DNA of 64,000 bases from Eledone cirrhosa (Eukaryota), in NCBI GenBank assembly GCA_964016885.1, contig OZ024740.1, forward strand, positions 244,652,001 through 244,716,000, read 5' to 3'. Position numbers and translations under genes: made by a program. Positions within the stretch are counted from its first letter, which is position 1. Each line of letters opens with the position of its first letter. Under the pieces are notes generated by a model that did no database searches, was not told the origin of the DNA, and saw only the letters and a program-made list of their open reading frames with translations. Shown piece by piece: positions 53,401 to 64,000 of the stretch.

Positions 53401-56400
53401 TATGTAGTAGTGTTTATATTGTAGACTGTGTAGTAGTGGTTATATTGTAGATTGTGTAGTAGTGGTTAAAGTGTAGACTGTGTAGTAGTGGTTATATTGT
53501 GGACTGTGTAGTAGTGGTTATATTGTAGACTGTGTAGTAGTGGTTATAGTGTGGACTGTGTAATAGTGATTATAGTGTAGACTGTGTAGTAGTGGTTATA
53601 GTGTAGACTGTGTAGTAGTGGTTATATTGTAGACTGTGTAGTAGTGGTTATATTGTAGACTGTGTAGTAGTGGTTATATTGTAGACTGTGTAATAGTGGT
53701 TAATTTGTAGACTGTGTAGTAGTGGTTATATTGTGAACTGTGTAGTAGTGGTTATATTGTGGACTGTGTAGTAGTGGTTATCTTGTAGTCTGTGTAGTAG
53801 TGGCTATATTGTAGACTGTGTAGTAGTGGTTATAGTGTAGACTGTGTAGTAGTGTTTATATTGTAGACTGTGTAGTAGTGGTTATATTGTAGACTGTGTA
53901 GTAGTGGTTATATTGTAGACTGTGTAGTAGGGGTTATAGTGTAGACTCTGTAGTAGTGGTTAAAGTATAGATTGTGTTGTATGGGTTATATTGTGGACTC
54001 TGTAGTAGTCTGTGTAGTAGTGGTTATATTGTAGACTGTGTAGTAGTGGTTATAGTGTAGACTGTGTTGTAGTGGTTATATTGTAGACTGTGTAGTAGTG
54101 CTTATAGTGTAGACTGTGTTGTAGTGGTTATATTGTAGACTGTGTAATAGTGGTTATATTGTGGACTGTGTAGTAGAGGTTATATTGTAGACTCTGTAGT
54201 AGTGGTTCTATTGTAGATTGTGTAGTAGTGGTTATCGTGTAGACTGTGTAGTAGTGGTTATATTGTAGACTGTGTAGTAGTGGTTATATTGCATACTCTG
54301 TAGTAGTGCTTATATTGTGGAATGTAGTAGTGGTTATATTGTAGACTGTGTAGTAGTGGTTATATTGTGGACTGTGTAGTAGTGGTTATATTGTAGACTA
54401 TGTAGTAGTGTTTATATTGTAGACTGTGTAGTAGTGGTTATATTGTAGATTGTGTAGTAGTGGTTAAAGTGTAGACTTTGTAGTAGTGGTTATATTGTGG
54501 ACTGTGTAGTAGTGGTTATATTATAGACTGTGTAGTAGTGGTTATAGTGTGGACTGTGTAATAGTCATTATAGTGTAGACTGTGTAGTAGTGGTTATAGT
54601 GTAGACTGTGTAGTAGTTGTTATATTGTGGACTGTGTAGTAGTGGTTATATTGTTGACTGTGTAGTAGTGGTTATAGTGTGGACTCTTTAATAGTGGTTA
54701 TATTGTAGACTGTGTAGTAGTGGTTATATTGTAGATTGTGTAGTAGTGGTTATATTGTGGACTGTGTAGTAGTGGTTATAGTGTAGAATGTGTAATAGTG
54801 GTTATATTTTAGACTGTGTAGTAGTTGTTATATTGTGAAACTGTGTAGTAATGGTTATATTGTAGACTGTGTAGTAGTGGTTATATTGTAGACTGTGTAG
54901 TAGTGGTTTATTGTAGACTGTGTAATAGTGGTTACTTTGTAGACTGTGTAGTAGTGGTTATATTGTGAACTGTGTAGTAGTGGTTATATTGTGGACTGTG
55001 TAGTAGTGGTTATCTTGTAGACTCTGTAGTAGTGGTTATATTGTAGACTGTGTAATAGTGGTTAATTTGTACACCGTGTAATAGTGGTTAATTTGTAGAC
55101 TGTGTAGTAGTAGTTATATTGTAGACTGTGTAGGAGTGGTTATATTGTAGACTGTGTAGTAGTGGTTATAGTGTAGACTGTGTAGTAGTAGTTATATTGT
55201 GGACTGTGTAGTAGTGGTTATATTGTAGACTGTGTATTAGTGGTTATAGTGTAGACTGTGTAGTAGGTGTTATATTGTAGACTGTGTTGTAGTGGTTATA
55301 TTGTAGACTGTGTAATAGTAGTTATATTGTAGACTGTGTAGGAGTGGTTATATTGTATACTGTGTAGTAGTGGTTATAGTGTAGACTGTGTAGTAGTGGT
55401 TATATTGTAGACTCTGTAGTAGTCTGTGTAGTAGTGGTTATAGCGTAAACTGTGTAGTAATGGTTATATAGTAGACTGTGTAGTAGTGATTATATTGTCG
55501 ACTGTGTAGTAGTGGTTATATTGTCGACTGTGTGGTAGTGGTTATATTGTAGATTGTGTAGAAGTGGTTATAATGTAGACTGTGTAGTAATGGTTATATG
55601 GCAGACTGTGTAGTAGTGGTTATATTGTAAACTGTGTAGTAGTGGTTATATGGTAGACTGTGTAGTAGTGGTTATATTGTAGACTGTGTAGTAGTGGTTA
55701 TATTGTAGACTGTGTAGTAGTGGTTATAGTGTAGACTCTGTAGTAGTGGTTAAAGTATAGATTGTGTTGTATGGGTTATATTGTAGACTCTGTAGTAGTC
55801 TGTGTAGTAGTGGTTATATTGTAGACTGTGTAGTAGTGGTTATAGTGTAGACTGTGTTGTAGTGGTTATATTGTAGACTGTGTAGTAGTGCTTATAGTGT
55901 AGACTGTGTTGTAGTGGTTATATTGTAGACTGTGTAGTAGTGGTTATATTGTGGACTGTGTAGTAGAGGTTATATTGTAGACTCTGTAGTAGTGGTTCTA
56001 TTGTAGATTGTGTAGTAGTCGTTATAGTGTAGACTGTGTGGTAGTGGTTATATTGTAGACTGTGTAGTAGTGGTTATATTGCATACTCTTTAGTAGTGCT
56101 TATATTGTAGACTGTAGTAGTGGTTATATTGTAGACTGTGTAGTAGTGGTTATATTGTGGACTGTGTAGTAGTGGTTATATTGTAGACTATGTAGTAGTG
56201 TTTATATTGTAGACTGTGTAGTAGTGGTTATATTGTAGATTGTGTAGTAGTGATTAAAGTGTAGACTGTGTAGTAGTGGTTATATTGTGGACTGTGTAGT
56301 AGTGGTTATATTGTAGACTGTGTAGTAGTGGTTATAGTGTGGACTGTGTAATAGTGTTTATAGTGTAGACTGTGTAGTAGTGGTTATAGTGAAGACTGTG

Positions 56401-59400
56401 TAGTAGTTGTTATATTGTGGACTGTGTAGTAGTGGTTATATAGTAGACTGTGTAGTAGTGGTTATAGTGTGGACTCTGTAATAGTGGTTATATTGTAGAC
56501 TGTGTAGAAGTGGTTATATTGTAGACTGTGTAGTAGTGGTTATATTGTGGACTGTGTAGTAGTGGTTATAGTGTAGAATGTGTAATAGTGGTTATATTTT
56601 AGACTGTGTAGTAGTTGTTATATTGTGAAACTGTGTAGTAATGGTTATATTGTAGACTGTGTAGTAGTGGTTATATTGTAGACTGTGTAATAGTGGTTAA
56701 TTTGTAGACTGTGTAGTAGTGGTTATATTGTAGACTGTGTAGTAGTGGTTATATTGTGGACTGTGTAGTAGTGGTTATAGTGTAGACTGTGTAGTAGTAG
56801 TTATATTGTGGACTGTGTAGTAGTGGTTATAGTGTAGACTGTGTAGTAGTAGTTATAGTGTAGACTGTGTAGTAGTGGTTATAGTGTAGACTGTGTTGTA
56901 GTGGTTATATTGTAGACTGTGTAGTATTGGTTATATTGTAGACCGTGTAGTAGGTGTTATATTGTAGACTGTGTTGTAGTGGTTATATTGTAGACTGTGT
57001 AGTAGTAGTTATATTGTAGACTGTGTAGGAGTGGTTATATTGTAGACTGTGTAGTAGTGGTTATAGTGTAGACTGTGTAGTACTGGTTATATTGTAGACT
57101 CTGTAGTAGTCTGTGTAGTAGTGGTTATAGCGTAAACTGTGTAGTAGTGGTTATATAGTAGACTGTGTAGTAGTGATTATATTGTTGACTGTGTAGTAGT
57201 GGTTATATTGTCGACTGTGTAGTAGTGGTTATATTGTAGATTGTGTAGAAGTGGTTATAATGTAGACTGTGTAGTAATGGTTATATTGCAGACTGTGTAA
57301 TAGTGGTTATATCGTAAACTGTGTAGTAGTGGTTATATGGTAGACTGTGTAGTAGTGGTTATATTGTAGACTGTGTAGTAATGGTTATATTGTAGACTGT
57401 GTAGTAGTGTTTATAGTGTAGACTGTGTAGTAGTGGTTATAGTGTAGACTGTGTTGTAGTGGTTATATTGAAGACTGTGTTGTAGTGGTTATAGTGTAGA
57501 CTGTGTTGTAGTGGTTATAGTGTTGACTGTGTTGTAGTGGTTATATTGAACATTGTGTTGTAGTGGTTATAGTGTAGACTGTGTCGTAGTGGTTATAGTG
57601 TAGACTGTGTTGTAGTGATTATATTGTAGATGGTGTAGTAGTGGTTATACTGTAGACTGTCTAGAAGTTTGCGTAGTAGTGTTTATAGTGTAGACTGCGT
57701 TGTAGTGATTATATTGTTTACTGTGTAGTAGTGGTTATATTGTAGACCGTGTAGTAGTGTTTAAAGCGTAGACTGTGTAGTAGTGGTTATATTGTAGACG
57801 GTGTAGTAGTGGTTATATTGTAGACTGTGTAGTAGTGGTTATATTGTAGACTGTGTAGTAGTGGTTATATTGTAGACTGTGTAGCAGTGGTTATAGTGTA
57901 GACTGTGTAGTAGTGGTTATAGTGTAGACTCTGTTGTAGTGGTTATATTGTAGACTATGTAGTAGTGTTTATATTGTGGACTGTGTAGTAGTGGTTATAT
58001 TGTAGATTGTGTAATAGTGGTTAAAGTGTAGACTGTGTAGTAGTGGTTATATTGTGGACTCTGTAGTAGTGGTTATATTGTAGACTGTGTAGTAGTGGTT
58101 AAAGTGTGGACTGTTTAATAGTGATTATAGTGTAGACTGTGTAGTAGTGGTTATAGTGTAGACTGTGTAGTAGTGGTTATATTGTAGACTGTGTAGTAGT
58201 GGTTATATTGTAGACTGTGTAGTAGTGGTTATATTGTAGACTGTGTAGTAGTGGTTATAGTGTAGACTCTGTAGTAGTGGTTATATTGTAGACTGTGTTG
58301 TAGTGGTTATAGTGTAGACTCTGTAGTAGTGGTTAAAGTATAGATTGTGTTGTATGGGTTATATTGTAGACTCTGTAGTAATCTGTGTAGTAGTGGTTAT
58401 ATTGTAGACTGTGTAGTAGTGGTTATAGTGTAGACTGTGTTGTAGTGGTTATATTGTAGACTGTGTAGTAGTGCTTATAGTGTAGACTGTGTTGTAGTAG
58501 TTATATTGTAGACTGTGTAGTAGTGGTTATATGGTGGACTGTGTAGTAGAGGTTATATTGTAGACTCTGTAGTAGTGGTTCTATTGTAGATTGTGTAGTA
58601 GTGGTTATAGTGTAGACTGTGTAGTAGTGGTTATATTGTAGACTGTGTAGTAGTGGTTATATTGTATACTCTTTAGTAGTGCTTATATTGTAGACTGTAG
58701 TAATGGTTATATTGTAGACTGTGTAGTAGTGGTTATATTGTGGACTGTGTAGTAGTGGTTATATTGTAGACTGTGTAGTAGTGGTTTTAGTGTGGACTGT
58801 GTAGTAGTGGTTATAGTGTAGACTGTGTAGTAGTGGTTATATTGTAGACTGTGTAGTAGTGGCTATATTGTAGACTGGGTAGTAGTGGTTATATTGTAGA
58901 CTGTGTAGTGGTGTTTATAGTGTAGACTGTGTAGTAGTTGTTATATTGTAGACTGTGTAGTAGTGATTATATTGTCGACTGTGTAGTAGTGTTTATCGTG
59001 TAGACTGTGTAGTAGTGGTTATAGTGTAGACTGTGTTGTAGTGGTTATATTGAAGACTGTGTTGTAGTGGTTATAGTGTAGACTGTGTTGTAGTGGTTAT
59101 AGTGTAGACTGTGTTGTAGTGGTTATATTGAAGATTGTGTTGTAGTGGTTATAGTGTAGACTGTGTTGTAGTGGTTATAGTGTAGACTGCGTTGTAGTGA
59201 TTATATTGTTTACTGTGTAGTAGTGGTTATATTGTAGACCGTGTAGTAGTGTTTAAAGTGTAGACTGTGTAGTAGTGGTTATATTGTAGACGGTGTAGTA
59301 GTGGTTATATTGTAGACTGTGTAGTAGTGGTTATATTGTAGACTCTGTAGTAGTGGTTAAAGGATAGATTGTGTTGTATGGGTTATATTGTAGACTCTGT

Positions 59401-62400
59401 AGTAGTCTGTGTAGTAGTGGTTATATTGTGGACTGTGTAGTAGTGGTTATCTTGTAGACTGTGTAGTAGTGGTTATATTGTAGACTGTGTAATAGTGGTT
59501 AATTTGTACACCGTGTAATAGTGGTTAATTTGTAGACTGTGTAGTAGTGGTTATATTGTGGACTGTGTAGTAGTGATTATAGTGTAGACTGTGTAGTAGT
59601 AGTTATATTGTGGACTGTGTAGTAGTGGTTATATTGTAGACTGTGTAGTAGTGGTTATAGTGTAGACTGTGTTGTAGTGGTTATATTGTAGACTGTGTAG
59701 TATTGGTTATATTGTAGACCGTGTAGTAGGTGTTATATTGTAGACTGTGTTGTAGTGGTTATATTGTAGACTGTGTAGTAGTAGTTATATTGTAGACTGT
59801 GTAGGAGTGGTTATATTGTAGACTGTGTAGTAGTGGTTATAGTGTAGACTGTGTAGTACTGGTTATATTGTAGACTCTGTAGTAGTCTGTGTAGTAGTGG
59901 TTATAGCGTAAACTGTGTAGTAGTGGTTATATAGTAGACTGTGTAGTAGTGATTATATTGTCGACTGTGTAGTAGTGGTTATATTGTCGACTGTGTAGTA
60001 GTGGTTATATTGTAGATTGTGTAGAAGTGGTTATAATGTAGACTGTGTAGTAATGGTTATATTGCAGACTGTGTAGTAGTGGTTATATTGTAAACTCTGT
60101 AGTAGTGGTTATATGGTAGACTGTGTAGTAGTGGTTATATTGTAGACTGTGTAGTAGTGGTTATATTGTAAACTGTGCAGTAGTGGTTATATTGTCGACT
60201 GTGTAGTAGTGGTTATATTGTAGACTGTGTAGTAGTGGTTATAGTGTAGACTGTGTAGTAGTGGGTATATTGTAGACTGTGTAGTAGTGATTATATTGTC
60301 GACTGTGTAGTAGTGTTTATAGTGTAGACTGTGTAGTAGTGGTTATAGTGTAGACTGTGTTGTAGTGGTTATATTGAAGACTGTGTTGTAGTGGTTATAG
60401 TGTAGACTGTGTTGTAGTGGTTATAGTGTAGACTGTGTTGTAGTGGTTATATTGAAGATTGTGTTGTAGTGGTTATAGTGTAGACTGTGTTGTAGTGGTT
60501 ATAGTGTAGACTGTGTTGTAGTGATTATATTGTAGATGGTGTAGTAGTGGTTATACTGTAGACTGTCTAGTAGTTTGCGTAGTAGTGGTTATAGTGTAGA
60601 CTGCGTTTTAGTGATTATATTGTTTACTGTGTAGTAGTGGTTATATTGTAGACCGTGTAGTAGTGTTTAAAGTGTAGACTGTGTAGTAGTCGTTATATTG
60701 TAGACGGTGTAGTTATGGTTATATTGTAGACTGTGTAGTAGTGGTTATATTGTAGACTGTGTAGTAGTGGTTATATTGTAGACTGTGTAGTAGGGGTTAT
60801 ACTGTAGATTGTGTAGTAGTGGTTATAGTGTGGACTGTGTAATAGTGGTTATATTGTAGACTGTGTAGTAGTAGTTATAGTGTAGACTGTGTAGTAGTGA
60901 TTATATTGTAGACTGTGTAGTACTGGTTATATTGTAGACTGTGTAGTAGTGGTTATATTGTAGACTGTGTAGTAGTGGTTATAGTGTAGACTGTGTAGTA
61001 GTGGTTATAGTGTAGACTCTGTTGTAGTGGTTATATTGTAGACTATGTAGTAGTGTTTATATTGTGGACTGTGTAGTAGTGGTTATATTGTAGATTGTGT
61101 AATAGTGGTTAAAGTGTAGACTGTGTAGTAGTGGTTATATTGTGGACTGTGTAGTAGTGGTTATATTGTAGACTGTGTAGTAGTGGTTATAGTGTGGACT
61201 GTGTAATAGTGATTATAGTGTAGACTGTGTAGTAGTGGTTATAGTGTAGACTGTGTAGTAGTGGTTATATTGTAGACTGTGTAGTAGTGGTTATATTGTA
61301 GACTGTGTAGTAGTGGTTATATTGTAGACTGTGTAGTAGTGGTTATAGTGTAGACTCTGTAGTAGTGGTTATATTGTAGACTGTGTTGTAGTGGTTATAG
61401 TGTAGACTCTGTAGTAGTGGTTAAAGTATAGATTGTGTTGTATGGGTTATATTGTAGACTCTGTAGTAGTCTGTGTAGTAGTGGTTATATTGTAGACTTG
61501 GTAGTAGTGGTTATAGTGTAGACTGTGTTGTAGTGGTTATATTGTAGACTGTGTTGTAGTGCTTATAGTGTAGACTGTGTTGTAGTGGTTATATTGTAGA
61601 CTGTGTAGTAGTGGTTATATTGTGGACTGTGTAGTAGAGGTTATATTGTAGACTCTGTAGTAGTGGTCCTATTGTAGATTGTGTAGTAGTGGTTATAGTG
61701 TAGACTGTGTAGTAGTGGTTATATTGTGGACTGTGTAGTAGTGGTTATATTGTAGACTGTGTAGTAGTGGTTTTAGTGTGGACTGTGTAGTAGTGGTTAT
61801 AGTGTAGACTGTGTAGTAGTGGTTATATTGTAGACTGTGTAGTAGTGGCTATATTGTAGACTGGGTAGTAGTGGTTATATTGTAGACTGTGTAGTGGTGT
61901 TTATAGTGTAGACTGTGTAGTAGTTGTTATATTGTAGACTGTGTAGTAGTGATTATATTGTCGACTGTGTAGTAGTGTTTATAGTGTAGACTGTGTAGTA
62001 GTGGTTATAGTGTAGACTGTGTTGTAGTGGTTATATGGAAGACTGTGTTGTAGTGGTTATAGTGTAGACTGTGTTGTAGTGGTTATAGTGTAGACTGTGT
62101 TGTAGTGGTTATAGTGTAGACCGTGTAGTAGTGTTTAAAGTGTAGACTGTGTAGTAGTGATTATATTGTAGACGGTGTAGTAGTGGTTATATTGTAGACT
62201 GTGTAGTAGTGGTTATATTGTAGACTGTGTAGTAGTGGTTATATTGTAGACTGTGTAGTAGGGGTTATACTGTAGATTGTGTAGTAGTGGTTATAGTGTG
62301 GACTGTGTAATAGTGGTTATATTGTAGACTGTGTAGTAGTAGTTATAGTGTAGACTGTGTAGTAGTGATTATATTGTAGACTGTGTAGTAGTCTGTGTAG

Positions 62401-64000
62401 TACTGGTTATATTGTAAACTGTATAGTAGTGGTTATATTGTAGACTGTGTAGTAGTAGTTATAGTGTAGACTGTGTAGTAGTGATTATATTGTAGACTGT
62501 GTAGTAGTCTGTGTAGTACTGGTTATATTGTAAACTGTGTAGTAGTGGTTATATTGTAGACTGTGTAGTAGTGGTTATAGTGTAGACTGTGTAGTAGTGG
62601 TTATAGTGTAGACTCTGTTGTAGTGGTTATATTGTAGACTGTGTAGTAGTGGTTATATTGTGGACTGTGTAGTAGAGGTTATATTGTAGACTCTGTAGTA
62701 GTGGTTCTATTGTAGATTGTGTAGTAGTCGTTATAGTGTAGACTGTGTGGTAGTGGTTATATTGTAGACTGTGTAGTAGTGGTTATATTGCATACTCTTT
62801 AGTAGTGCTTATATTGTAGACTGTAGTAGTGGTTATATTGTAGACTGTGTAGTAGTGGTTATATTGTGGACTGTGTAGTAGTGGTTATATTGTAGACTAT
62901 GTAGTAGTGTTTATATTGTAGACTGTGTAGTAGTGGTTATATTGTAGATTGTGTAGTAGTGATTAAAGTGTAGACTGTGTAGTAGTGGTTATATTGTGGA
63001 CTGTGTAGTAGTGGTTATATTGTAGACTGTGTAGTAGTGGTTATAGTGTGGACTGTGTAATAGTGTTTATAGTGTAGACTGTGTAGTAGTGGTTATAGTG
63101 AAGACTGTGTAGTAGTTGTTATATTGTGGACTGTGTAGTAGTGGTTATATAGTAGACTGTGTAGTAGTGGTTATAGTGTGGACTCTGTAATAGTGGTTAT
63201 ATTGTAGACTGTGTAGAAGTGGTTATATTGTAGACTGTGTAGTAGTGGTTATATTGTGGACTGTGTAGTAGTGGTTATAGTGTAGAATGTGTAATAGTGG
63301 TTATATTTTAGACTGTGTAGTAGTTGTTATATTGTGAAACTGTGTAGTAATGGTTATATTGTAGACTGTGTAGTAGTGGTTATATTGTAGACTGTGTAAT
63401 AGTGGTTAATTTGTAGACTGTGTAGTAGTGGTTATATTGTAGACTGTGTAGTAGTGGTTATATTGTGGACTGTGTAGTAGTGGTTATAGTGTAGACTGTG
63501 TAGTAGTAGTTATATTGTGGACTGTGTAGTAGTGGTTATAGTGTAGACTGTGTAGTAGTAGTTATAGTGTAGACTGTGTAGTAGTGGTTATAGTGTAGAC
63601 TGTGTTGTAGTGGTTATATTGTAGACTGTGTAGTATTGGTTATATTGTAGACCGTGTAGTAGGTGTTATATTGTAGACTGTGTTGTAGTGGTTATATTGT
63701 AGACTGTGTAGTAGTAGTTATATTGTAGACTGTGTAGGAGTGGTTATATTGTAGACTGTGTAGTAGTGGTTATAGTGTAGACTGTGTAGTACTGGTTATA
63801 TTGTAGACTCTGTAGTAGTCTGTGTAGTAGTGGTTATAGCGTAAACTGTGTAGTAGTGGTTATATAGTAGACTGTGTAGTAGTGATTATATTGTTGACTG
63901 TGTAGTAGTGGTTATATTGTCGACTGTGTAGTAGTGGTTATATTGTAGATTGTGTAGAAGTGGTTATAATGTAGACTGTGTAGTAATGGTTATATTGCAG
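14488..64000 (+). repeat. 26-bp satellite array, consensus GACTGTGTAGTAGTGGTTATA(T/G)TGTA, ~1,900 monomers, runs off the window end
   Basis: Period measured directly (GACTG at 14644 and 14670). Single orientation, no foreign insertion seen, no ORFs in the track, higher-order block duplications traceable by variant monomers. Confidence 0.98.

Noticed and set aside
14488-64000. CRISPR array or repeat-spacer system
   Set aside because: Monomers are contiguous with no unique spacers, there are no cas genes, and the context is eukaryotic.
14488-64000. Repetitive protein-coding region (e.g. Thr-rich mucin on the minus strand)
   Set aside because: The 26-bp unit shifts frame each copy; TAG is abundant on +, and TAA hits every minus frame about every three monomers. 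No ORFs in the track.
14488-64000. Telomerase-made telomeric repeat or G-quadruplex array
   Set aside because: No TTAGGG tract, only one GG per monomer, and variants are inherited in duplicated blocks, indicating recombinational rather than templated synthesis.

Overview
Repeat-dominated, AT-rich eukaryotic DNA with no supportable intact host gene. The SINE/LINE families resemble those I recall from octopus/cephalopod genomes (inference, not a database result). Bases 1-14.1 kb are a nested patchwork of decayed retroelements: two R4/Dong-type (restriction-like endonuclease) LINE RT fragments, a degenerate RTE-clade LINE with a (GAA)n tail, a probable solo LTR with a 4-bp TSD, several tRNA-derived SINEs (some as inverted pairs), Penelope-like remnants with partial hammerhead-like cores, and microsatellites. 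From ~14,488 to the window end (~49.5 kb, ~1,900 monomers) lies one uninterrupted, strand-biased 26-bp satellite, GACTGTGTAGTAGTGGTTATA(T/G)TGTA. Its variant monomers show nested higher-order duplications (~0.3, 1.37, 2.5, 6.3, 6.67, 6.71 kb and a block recurring ~20.6 kb away) and two sub-domains. Most notable is a possible record of how the satellite arose: a simple-repeat gradient leading into the array, and an inverted orphan of a few monomers 4 kb upstream, set inside a SINE between ~16-bp direct repeats. I found no evidence of a novel protein-coding system.
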